A stretch of 64,000 nt of DNA. Origin: a virus. Its lineage: Duplodnaviria; Caudoviricetes. Shown here one piece after another: positions 55,628 through 64,000 of the stretch. Position 1 is the first letter of the stretch. Every line of letters starts with the position of its first letter. The translations under genes and the position numbers were made by a program. The notes beneath the pieces were generated by a model. The model saw nothing but the letters and a program-made list of their open reading frames with translations. It was not told the DNA's origin and did not search any database. The DNA lies in the IMG/VR virus record IMGVR_UViG_3300023235_001725, one strand, 5' to 3'.

Positions 55628-57250
55628 CTAGTTTATTTTTACAGAAAGCTTTTGTTCAATAATATCTTTCAGAGGTAACATACCTTGTTCAGTCATTATT
55701 TTATGGTCCAAAGTGCATTCTAAAATTTTCCCACTACTTGTCTTAATTCGATAAACTTTCTTTTTACCGTTGTTATGACGAGCTTTCACTGGAACCCATT
55801 CATTTTTTTTCGTGTCTGGATTATAACCTAAAATCATATCTCCTGGCCTAGTTTTTAAAAGAGATATTTTTCCCTTTTCCTTTTCTGTGACTTCACAGTT
55901 TTCAGATAAACATTTGTTAAACGAATACCCTAGATAATCAGAAAGGTATAAAAGGATTTTATCAACCTCTTCTTTCGGAACACCATTTTCCTCTGCTCCA
56001 GATACAAACTTACTCCAATACTCTTCGTAAGCTTTATAGTTCTTACTTTCCTTTTCGTCCTGAGTGAGTTCTTCTCCTTGGTTTGTTTTTTTTATAAGCT
56101 TCGCAGCTTTATCAAGTGCACGACGCAAGTTATCACCCTCTCCTAAATCCATTCCCGCTATCTCTTTTGCGATAAATTGAATTTGCTCCTGAAACACCAG
56201 TACACCGTTAGTTTTTTCTAATATTGGCTTTATCAAATCAGATGGAAATTCAATCTGTCCTGGGAACCTCTTGTTATCAACGTATTGACGGTGGGCTCCA
56301 ATTCCCATTGGGCCTGGTCGATAAAGAGCATTACAAGCAGCCATTTCTTCAAAGTTCTCAACGTTGAGTCCTCGAATCAAAGCGTTCATGCCTGGCGATT
56401 CAAATTGGAATATACCGTGGTTCTGACCAAGCATTAACTCCTTGTAAAGGTTTTGGTCATCAAACTGCTCATCAATATTCATTATTGTATCGAACAAATC
56501 AATCTTTTCACCATCCTTAACCATCTTGATACAATCCATGATGATATTAATTGTTGACACTTTCAAACGGTCAAGCTTCAATATCCCAAGATAACTCAAG
56601 TCTTTTCCAGAGCGGTCCCCCTCTTGATATGCTGATACAATTGATTTATTAGAGACAATCATATTTGTTGGGAGGTAGTCCCAAGAAGGCCCAGGAGTAA
56701 TAACAACTCCAGCGGCGTGTTTACCAAAACCTCTCACTTGACCCTGAAGAGCCAGTGTTTGTTCTATAATTACTTTGTTGGATGAATCAGTAAGCCATCT
56801 TTGTACGAGTGGACTGCAATCATCTGACTGAGCATGGTTTTCTAACCACCAAGCCAAGTTGTATTCGACTTTGTCGAACTTCGGCATCTCTTTAGTGATT
56901 TGAGCTACATCCGATTCAGTTCCTGTTGCTTCTGGCCCACGGTGTGCACGAACAACGTCCTTCAAACATCCTCTTTCATTCCATTTAGAAAAAGTACCAA
57001 CACTCATTACTCGTTCTCTACCATATTTTTTGTAAAGGAAGTCATCAGTTTCATGGTCTGTTCCTGTTTGAAAATCAATATCTAAATCGGGAGGGCTATT
57101 GTGTATGATTATCAGTGAGTTACACTCTTTATTTAAAGCTTTACTAGAAGTAGATTTGACCATAAAATATGGGTCCCCTTCAAAAGATAAGTCATAAACT
57201 GGCCCGTCGTACTGTATCTTGCGTATTGACTTTATGCTGACTGTCTTCAT
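55628..57250 (-). CDS. dnaE: DNA polymerase III alpha, middle catalytic fragment flanked by a 51-aa IntC-1 and a 94-aa IntN-2
   Basis: MKTVSIK...VYDLSF...IIHN then SPPDLDIDF, GKHAAGVVI, KLDRL, GIFQFES, LYRPGPM, VFQEQ, YSFNK then CLSEN...CTLDHKI; start ATG at 57250 overlaps the endonuclease TGA. Confidence 0.93.
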   Translation of the reverse strand: MKTVSIKSIRKIQYDGPVYDLSFEGDPYFMVKSTSSKALNKECNSLIIIHNSPPDLDIDFQTGTDHETDDFLYKKYGRERVMSVGTFSKWNERGCLKDVVRAHRGPEATGTESDVAQITKEMPKFDKVEYNLAWWLENHAQSDDCSPLVQRWLTDSSNKVIIEQTLALQGQVRGFGKHAAGVVITPGPSWDYLPTNMIVSNKSIVSAYQEGDRSGKDLSYLGILKLDRLKVSTINIIMDCIKMVKDGEKIDLFDTIMNIDEQFDDQNLYKELMLGQNHGIFQFESPGMNALIRGLNVENFEEMAACNALYRPGPMGIGAHRQYVDNKRFPGQIEFPSDLIKPILEKTNGVLVFQEQIQFIAKEIAGMDLGEGDNLRRALDKAAKLIKKTNQGEELTQDEKESKNYKAYEEYWSKFVSGAEENGVPKEEVDKILLYLSDYLGYSFNKCLSENCEVTEKEKGKISLLKTRPGDMILGYNPDTKKNEWVPVKARHNNGKKKVYRIKTSSGKILECTLDHKIMTEQGMLPLKDIIEQKLSVKIN

Positions 57251-58311
57251 TGAATTGCTTTTTTTAAGGTAGCTTTTACTTCTTCTCTGTTTTTGTCCCA
57301 ATCATGTTCCCATATGATAAAAACACGATATCCTGTTATCTTTTTAATTTGCTTAATTCTCTGTTCGTCAATCTCCCAAAGTTGTCCTGCTGTTTTCTTT
57401 TTATGAGGATGAAAGTAATCTGCTTTAAACTTTAATGGATTACAGTGCCAATAGTCTCCATAAAATTCTACTATAATACGGTTTTTAGGATTATAAAAAT
57501 CTACATGATATGCTTTTTTGTTTTCAACATCAGCAACTATAATTTGTTGATTTTCACTTTCATCATAAAAACTCGAATCAATAAGCTTTAAATCAGAAAC
57601 AAGGTATTCAACGAGTTTTTGCTCTTTTTTAGAACTCCCACTTCCAAAGTTGACTTGGATTTCATGTTGCACATTATCACTGTGGAATATATTCTCAACT
57701 CCATATTTTTCCATCATTGTTTCAGTCACAGCACTATAATGACTTCCTCTGTTTAAAAACCAAGGCACCCCGTATTTGTCTTGAATGGATTTAGATATCT
57801 TATCTCTAACTTCTTGTATTTGTACTGGAGAAGTTAACCCTGTTGTTCCATAAGTTTCATTTAATCCTTTTTGATATTTTTCTCTATAACCTTTTGTTCG
57901 ATAGTATATTTTTTTGTAATCACCGTGCTTCATATAAAACCCATGCTCCCAAAAAAACTTTCCCCCTCTAGAAGGATGGAGTTTGTGACGTATTTTTTTG
58001 TTATAAATTTTTGTAAAATATTCAACTTGACTCCCAGTTAAAGGGTAGTTTTTAGTATCCACCTCCAATCTCATCTGCGTCTTACCACGGTCAATGATGT
58101 AATGAAAACCAGTGATGACACCAGTTTTTTTATTATCTCTAATTAACATAGCTCCAATAATGCAAGAAGGAGAAACAGCTAAACCACACTTATATGGCCA
58201 CTCTTTGATTTCTTTTTTTGTTGGAACAGCATGAATAAGAGAAGTCTCACGAAGTCTTTGGTCGAGTTCCGCTTTTGTAATATCTTCTATGCTTAATAAT
58301 AAATCTATCAT
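57247..58311 (-). mobile_element. Vsr-like homing endonuclease inside dnaE split site 1
   Basis: KYGV repeats; VDFYNPKNRIIVEFYGDYWHCNP...IIWEHDW; ATGA overlaps at both ends. Confidence 0.85.
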
Positions 58312-58640
58312 TTTAGAAAGTCTTTATCTATAGATAGGCTCGGATTTTTAAACTCCAGTTCATACAGCCCCCAAAGCGCTTCTGCAATCTCATTTCCTCT
58401 TTCATCAATATTGTCAAACCACCCCTTCTCATTAGAGGGTATTTTGTGGGTATCTCTCGCGTTAATTCTTCCAATATCATGAGAGCCTTTATTGGAAGAC
58501 ATTGACATTATAATGTGGTCTAAGAATATTCTCACCTGCTTATCCCATTCTGTTGGTTTTTGCCAAGCTGGAATTATAAGTTTAGAACCTTCTTGACACA
58601 TACCTTTAAAATTAATATCTCTACTTCCTTGTACTATCAT
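58308..58640 (-). CDS. hypothetical protein inserted within the split-intein locus
   Basis: 110-aa ORF with ATGA overlaps to both dnaE-N and the endonuclease. Confidence 0.65.
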   Translation of the reverse strand: MIVQGSRDINFKGMCQEGSKLIIPAWQKPTEWDKQVRIFLDHIIMSMSSNKGSHDIGRINARDTHKIPSNEKGWFDNIDERGNEIAEALWGLYELEFKNPSLSIDKDFLK

Positions 58641-60826
58641 AATTTTCGTATTAACATTTTATCTGTCTCTAATAACTCATCCACGCGAATATCAACACGC
58701 TCTCCTTTGCGCATCACAGGTACAATGTGATTCCCCGTCAATTTTACAATGATGGAATCTTCAGTTTCAATCTCAAACACCTCATCAGCTGGTGTGATAT
58801 CTCGCTTATGCACTTGAACCAAAACGCCGTTGCCTGATTCTGTTTCAACTGGGTCCCCAGGAACAATATCTCCGATAGGTTTCAGTGAGCCATCTTTCAT
58901 CAACACCAGCCCATCTTCAGTAACGCAATTACGTGCTGGATTCAAAAAACGCTCAAAATACAGCCCGAATTGAATAGGGTCAATCTTAGTGATGTCAAGA
59001 CACCATGCTAATAAAGAACCAGCTGCAGAGCCTCTTCCACTTCCAATTTCAAAACCTCTTTTCTTATAATCTCGAATAATTTCCCAGTTTACAAGGAAGT
59101 AGTCAAGCATCTTCTTGTCCTTAATTACTTTTAACTCGTAATGGAGTCTATTTGTGTACTCATCTACAACCTCTTGTGTTTGTTGTAATTTTCCTTTGGT
59201 AAACTTACGTCCGAGCTTTTGCTTGAGTTTCGCAAAAGCCATCTTTGTGATAATGGTTTCCGTGTCCTCTGCTCCTGCCCAATCTATAATGTCTTTCGTT
59301 GGTTCGTAACGAGGGTATTTTTCAACCCCTACTTCAAATTCAAAATTGCAACGCTCAGCCAGCTTCAAAGTGTTATCCATGAATATCTGTAGAATGTTGT
59401 GCGGGTAATTGTATCCAAATTTTGAATTCAGAACATAGTAGTCTTTTCTCGACAAATAATACAGATTTCTTCGTTCCTCTAAACGACACTTATCCATCCC
59501 TATTTGTTGTTTTATAGCGGAAACAGTGTCTTGCAAAGACGCTTCTTTTTGCTTAACATAATGAACATCATTATCTAAAATCACCATTGCCTTCGTGGCG
59601 GATGCCATTTTTAAAACAAAGTTGTTAAATCGCTTTTGCTCACCAATCTCTGAAAACTTAATTTCTGCGATATAATCTGGGCCAAATGCTTTTTGTAATC
59701 GTTCCCAATATTTAGAAGCTGCCGTCTTTTGTCCTTTAAAAAACAAACTTGCGAGATATCCTTGGTAGTTTCCAGTGGTAACAATCAAACCTTCTTTGTT
59801 CTCAATTAACCAATCAGTGTGAATACGAGAATACATCCCATCAAAACCTTCTGAATGAGATTTAAATATCAGCTTATTAAGGTTTACAAAACCCACTTGG
59901 TTTTTAACAATGATTTTTATTGGGTATCCACCTTTTTCTGACTCTTCGGAGCCAACAGTATCGTTGAGATAGATTTCAATTCCAAATATTGGCTTGATTC
60001 CGTATTTTTCAGCTTTCTGTGACAACTCTAGACTGCCTGACATGGTTTCGACATCAATAACAGCGAGAGATGTGTGCCCTAGTTCTTTAGCACGCTTAAG
60101 ATAATTATCAATACTACCTGAGCCACGAAGCAAGCTATAGTGAGTGTGACAAGAGAAATGAACTAACGGCTTAGCTTCCTCTTCTGGGGATACCGATACG
60201 TGGGCAACACTCTCAGAAGAAAACCCATTAGAGGAATCGGAAGGAAGTTCTTTAAATCCGAAAATGCCAAGCCGTTGAAGTTCAAAAAAACATTTAGCGG
60301 TTGCTTGCACATCGAAAAATGCGTTGTGAGCACCTAAAAAGTCTTTCCCAAAAAGCTTATTATGGAGCTCAATAAGTTTTGGAAATTTATAACCCCGACG
60401 ACCCCTTAATTTACAAAAGTCAATTGTAAGCTTCATCGTGTCAACGGGAAATATTGAAGCTAGATTGTGACTCATCGATGCTCGATGAAATTCACACCCC
60501 ATAATTCCAAGGTCAAAATTGATATTATGTGCTATGAGGTAATAGTTACGCTCTAGAGCAATTTTAAACTGATTTAAGGCATCAAGCATAGAAATTCCTT
60601 CTGCGTGCGCCTTTTCGTTTGATATGCCGTGTATTTGAACGACTTCGTGAGGAATGTTGTATCCTTCAGGTTTAATTATAAGGTCGTGCCTGGATATTTC
60701 GCTGCCGTCTTGTGCATATTCAACCCAGGCTAACTGTACTAGTCGAGGCCAGTTATCTGCATCTGTCCAAGGTGCGTTAAACCGTTTTGGCCTGCCAGTA
60801 GTCTCTGTATCGAAGACTATATACAT
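58637..60826 (-). CDS. dnaE: DNA polymerase III alpha, N-terminal fragment (DEDDh exonuclease, PHP, start of palm) ending in a 96-aa IntN-1
   Basis: FDTETTG, AHNINFD, AHNAFFD; HFSCHTHYSLL; GSGRGSAAGS; FERFLNPARN then CVTEDG...LTGNHIV. Confidence 0.94.
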   Translation of the reverse strand: MYIVFDTETTGRPKRFNAPWTDADNWPRLVQLAWVEYAQDGSEISRHDLIIKPEGYNIPHEVVQIHGISNEKAHAEGISMLDALNQFKIALERNYYLIAHNINFDLGIMGCEFHRASMSHNLASIFPVDTMKLTIDFCKLRGRRGYKFPKLIELHNKLFGKDFLGAHNAFFDVQATAKCFFELQRLGIFGFKELPSDSSNGFSSESVAHVSVSPEEEAKPLVHFSCHTHYSLLRGSGSIDNYLKRAKELGHTSLAVIDVETMSGSLELSQKAEKYGIKPIFGIEIYLNDTVGSEESEKGGYPIKIIVKNQVGFVNLNKLIFKSHSEGFDGMYSRIHTDWLIENKEGLIVTTGNYQGYLASLFFKGQKTAASKYWERLQKAFGPDYIAEIKFSEIGEQKRFNNFVLKMASATKAMVILDNDVHYVKQKEASLQDTVSAIKQQIGMDKCRLEERRNLYYLSRKDYYVLNSKFGYNYPHNILQIFMDNTLKLAERCNFEFEVGVEKYPRYEPTKDIIDWAGAEDTETIITKMAFAKLKQKLGRKFTKGKLQQTQEVVDEYTNRLHYELKVIKDKKMLDYFLVNWEIIRDYKKRGFEIGSGRGSAAGSLLAWCLDITKIDPIQFGLYFERFLNPARNCVTEDGLVLMKDGSLKPIGDIVPGDPVETESGNGVLVQVHKRDITPADEVFEIETEDSIIVKLTGNHIVPVMRKGERVDIRVDELLETDKMLIRKL

Positions 60827-60852
60827 GTTGTTGAATTAGTGTGTTGCCGAAG

Positions 60853-60860
60853 CAAATATA
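60853..60860 (-). promoter_or_regulatory. Bacteroidota-type -7 promoter box TATATTTG upstream of dnaE-N
   Basis: Exact TAnnTTTG match; TTG about 21 nt upstream. A similar TACTTTTG lies near 17872-17879. Confidence 0.6.
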
Positions 60861-61062
60861 ATTCAATTTTAAGTTATAATCCAACTTTAGTTTAAAACTA
60901 ATTCATTGAATCTATGAGGATTGAAGGGTTAATTATACTAATTAACAGCTGTTTAGCCTGTCGTGAGACTACTTAAATTTATTGTTGGATAGCCGTTGTA
61001 ATCCCAGTTTGGAGCTCGTGTTGTCATTCATCAACATAATCATACCGACGTTGATTGACAAG

Positions 61063-61317
61063 TTATTCGTAATCTGAGTCGTAGTCTTGTCGTTGCTTCA
61101 GAATGTCTCTAGATAAATCTTTTAAAGCAGCATGTATACGCCGAAGGCGGGAACGACTTCTCGTTCCCGCCGATTTCGTTTTTCGGTAGCTGTAAAATTT
61201 AGTTACATCAGTGGAATAAAGGTCCTCTAGTTCCTCTATAATCTTCGCTAGTTTACGCTTTACACTGTACGTGTCATTAACATTTGAGTGTTCATCAAAC
61301 TTACTCTTCCTCGTCAT
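61063..61317 (-). CDS. Hc1/histone-like small basic protein
   Basis: KTKSAGTRSRSRLRRIHAALKDL resembles the GNKAAGTRARK..L family motif. Confidence 0.6.
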   Translation of the reverse strand: MTRKSKFDEHSNVNDTYSVKRKLAKIIEELEDLYSTDVTKFYSYRKTKSAGTRSRSRLRRIHAALKDLSRDILKQRQDYDSDYE

Positions 61318-64000
61318 AGTCTTCTTCAATTATTTCCATATCAGAATTTTGCCCAGTTTCAGATATTATTTGGTCAATCTCATCCATTATATCTCTAGCT
61401 TTTCTTGCTAAATCATTACTGGTAGAGACAAGAGGGTTTCCTTGAACTCTTTCTTTTATTACTCCTTTTGGTATAATGTAATTTTCAATATTTTTCTCAG
61501 ATTCTTTTAAATTTCCCTTTATCTCACTAATCATTTTATCAGTCTGACTGATAAATTCTTCGTTTGATTTAAACAAAACGTTTTTTTCTCTGTCTTTCTT
61601 TTCTTCCTCGCTTTCTTCCGTAAATACTTCTTCATCGGTTTCCTCAAGCTCTTTAAGCAAGTCATCAATTGCACTATCAACACGCTTGTTGTGACCTTCC
61701 CAAATGCGTTCTCTTTTAGTTTCTGATATAGGCTCGCTATCACTTACTGGAGGCGCTCCTCCTGCATCGCCTCCAACTTCATCTCCACCTCCCATATCAA
61801 GGTCTCCAGATGGGTCTCCAGCCAGCGAGTCTCCTCCTCCGCCAAAGCCTCCGCCGCCGCCGCCGCCGTCATCTCCCATTAAATCTTCGTTCTCAGCGTT
61901 TTGGAGTGCTTCTGCTGCTCCTGGGATTTCAAATTTATCATCCAAATCTTTGAACAATCCAATCTTTTTGTATGTCTGCGGAGCAAATTCAATCTCCGTA
62001 AACAGTTTCCTTTCAACTTTTTTCTGACGAAGCATTTTCTTGATATCCTTTTCAGAAAATCCAAGAATGTATTTCATACCCCAAGTGTAAGAAGCAGGTG
62101 AGTAGATATCTTGTGACACAAACAATGTAAATACTTCAAGTCGAGATTTCATCGTCTCTAGCTTCAACAGCTCTTGTTGAGTAGAAGGGTTTGTGAGTTT
62201 TAAATCAAAATCATTAATCTCGTCTTCATGCCCAAGAAACGCTAAGTGAATTTTACCAATTCGACGAAGTTCCATTAGAACTTGCTCCTGGATTCTATTA
62301 ATGGTCCTAGCAAATCTTAAATCTGCTTGAGACAGTGTTGGCCCCCCAGGTAAATTCTCAGCATAATTCAAATAAGTTTTTGGAACCTTTAACGCCGCGA
62401 ATAGTTTATTTTCTAAATATTCAATATCTTGAATGTCACCTAGATTGCTATTTTGTGTAAAAACTCCGACAGAAAGTGCAAAATTATGGTGGTCATGTAG
62501 TTCATGATTTCCATCTACAGTTATTGTGCCTGTGTCTTGAGGTGTTTCTAGCCACTCAATCGATGCCACTTTATGATTAAATAATTCGGCTTTTTTCGTG
62601 AAATCTCTCCAGTTAGAATACCCAAATGACTTCATCATCTTCACTAAGTTATTGTGGGTGAAAGATGACATTTTCTTCAATTGCTTGTTCCCTTTGTTTA
62701 TGTTGTTAAATTCAGACATAAACCCAGAATTAGAGACATTAATGTCTCGTAGAATGTTGGTGGCACTCATGCCGTCTTGAAAACGAGAGACCACAAACTC
62801 CAACATTACATCGTTGTAATTTATTTCTTGTTTTTCTTGAATGGCTTCACGCAGAGAACCATCGGCCCATTGTTTAGAAGCGGCAATAGATGATTTTAGA
62901 CGAGAAGAAGATGTTTTTCTTGCTTTACGATATCCAGCTATTCGTTTCTTTTCAAAATCAGCTTTAAAATCTTCATCTTGCAGTAGCTCTTGAATTCGTT
63001 CTGTTGCTTTTTCTAAGTTGATTCGTGCTACTACTCTTTTAGATTCTAATTCTTTCTCAGAGATATTATCCCAATACTTATTTCTACCTTCTTTACGCTC
63101 TTTTTTATAAGAAGCATACATAGATTGATGAAGCATAACATGGTCATGGAAATTCATTAATTTTAAATTCTCTGGAGAATTATTGTATCGGTCAAAATCA
63201 TAATGATGAATCACGTTTTTGTTTTCCACATTTTTTTGATAAACATGTTCCTTGTGCAAATTGCGCTCATACATGTAATTATGAACCATACGATGTGTAT
63301 ACTCCCAGGATTTGCTTTGGTGGTCCCACACTTGTTCATATGTTTTAGCTTTAGGTTTGTTTTTGAAAATCTTCTGAAACCTCTTCTCAAAACTCCACAT
63401 AGAATCTCCTTCTTCAAGATTTTGTGCTTCTTGTATACCTTTAAAACGAGTAGGGAACTTGTGGTCAGGTGTAACAATAACAGACTCTCCGTTGTCAAAA
63501 GTCAATTTCATTACTTTAGCGTCTTTACGAGTAACTCCAGCCCATGTAATTTTTCCTGGAACTATTACTCCAGTTTCTGGATTTATACTGTAAGTCCAAA
63601 GCTGTTTTCCTTCATCACGCTCTTTAATGATTTCCTGAAGCTCAAGGCTTCGACCATCAAGAAGGTTGATTTTAGTATCTAGAGCCAAACAAGCTCCAGG
63701 AAGTGTGTCAATTTTTGTGCTCTTGTCACCACGAACTGGAATAAAATAATCTTCCGAGATATTCATTGGGTCATAACGATAACTCATATTGCCGTCGTTC
63801 TGATTCACAATAGGCTGTTTTTTAACTTGCTTTTGGATACGCTGCATGTATTGCTTAACATCAGCATCCTCCAAGTTGCCTACCTCAATGTAGAATATTC
63901 TACGCTCTGGAGCTCTTGTGATTCTATAGACCAACATTGAGTCCTCAGCGAGCTGTAGTTGCTTCCAAAGTTTTCTAGCAGGGTCTAAGATAGAGTTGTG
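61301..64000 (-). CDS. T4 gp20-like portal protein with intein (5' end beyond window)
   Basis: Frame open to the window edge: ILDPARKLWKQLQLAEDSMLVYRITRAPERRIFYIEVGN, EDYFIPVRG, DIEYLENKLFAALKVP, DLRFARTI. Confidence 0.92.
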   Translation of the reverse strand, partial: HNSILDPARKLWKQLQLAEDSMLVYRITRAPERRIFYIEVGNLEDADVKQYMQRIQKQVKKQPIVNQNDGNMSYRYDPMNISEDYFIPVRGDKSTKIDTLPGACLALDTKINLLDGRSLELQEIIKERDEGKQLWTYSINPETGVIVPGKITWAGVTRKDAKVMKLTFDNGESVIVTPDHKFPTRFKGIQEAQNLEEGDSMWSFEKRFQKIFKNKPKAKTYEQVWDHQSKSWEYTHRMVHNYMYERNLHKEHVYQKNVENKNVIHHYDFDRYNNSPENLKLMNFHDHVMLHQSMYASYKKERKEGRNKYWDNISEKELESKRVVARINLEKATERIQELLQDEDFKADFEKKRIAGYRKARKTSSSRLKSSIAASKQWADGSLREAIQEKQEINYNDVMLEFVVSRFQDGMSATNILRDINVSNSGFMSEFNNINKGNKQLKKMSSFTHNNLVKMMKSFGYSNWRDFTKKAELFNHKVASIEWLETPQDTGTITVDGNHELHDHHNFALSVGVFTQNSNLGDIQDIEYLENKLFAALKVPKTYLNYAENLPGGPTLSQADLRFARTINRIQEQVLMELRRIGKIHLAFLGHEDEINDFDLKLTNPSTQQELLKLETMKSRLEVFTLFVSQDIYSPASYTWGMKYILGFSEKDIKKMLRQKKVERKLFTEIEFAPQTYKKIGLFKDLDDKFEIPGAAEALQNAENEDLMGDDGGGGGGGFGGGGDSLAGDPSGDLDMGGGDEVGGDAGGAPPVSDSEPISETKRERIWEGHNKRVDSAIDDLLKELEETDEEVFTEESEEEKKDREKNVLFKSNEEFISQTDKMISEIKGNLKESEKNIENYIIPKGVIKERVQGNPLVSTSNDLARKARDIMDEIDQIISETGQNSDMEIIEEDYDEEE
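62450..63691 (-). mobile_element. contiguous intein (414 aa) with an HNH-type endonuclease in the portal
   Basis: LPGA|CLALDT...VTPDHKF...HRMV...VIHHYDFDRYNNSPENL...TITVDG..HNFAL..GVFTQN|SNLGDI. Confidence 0.9.

Noticed and set aside
61704-62027. Pro/Ser-rich plus-strand ORF
   Set aside because: Antisense of the Gly-rich portal linker.
1-64000. Stop-codon reassignment as in some large phages
   Set aside because: Code-11 ORFs tile the window densely, conserved proteins are full length, and TAA, TAG and TGA all end genes at sensible positions.
1-64000. tRNA, rRNA, reverse transcriptase/DGR/retron, integrase or transposase
   Set aside because: No such motifs recognised by eye; a tRNAscan-SE or Infernal run would be needed to exclude small RNAs.

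Overview
A 64 kb segment of a large, AT-rich, T4-like (contractile-tailed) dsDNA phage in the standard genetic code, with most genes on the minus strand. A Bacteroidota host is inferred from a Bacteroidota-type primary-like sigma factor, M42 peptidase, ClpC, an Hc1-like protein and TAnnTTTG promoter boxes. Left arm (1-22 kb): accessory and host-like genes (clpC, radA-like, M42 aminopeptidase, mscL, SLT, ssb, Nudix, uvrD, sigma-70, HAD). Centre (22-34 kb): nrdA/nrdB, primase-helicase, initiator-like protein, 5' nuclease, recA. 34-50 kb: tail/baseplate module (hub, tube-initiator with 22-aa repeats, tape measure, gp26-like chaperones). Right arm: a triple-PAS protein, DNA polymerase III alpha and an intein-bearing portal. 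The main finding is protein trans-splicing. DnaE is encoded as three separate genes joined by two split inteins, each interrupted by a free-standing Vsr-like endonuclease. The second intein pair has inverted charge polarity, which would plausibly stop the middle fragment from cyclising. NrdA is split in the same way. Other points of interest are a catalytically dead DnaQ, a degenerate 5' nuclease, start-occluding hairpins that contain a putative late-promoter motif, and a sigma factor with His at the Q437-equivalent position alongside a recurring CGTATAyTG upstream motif. All family calls come from motif recognition by eye; no searches were run.
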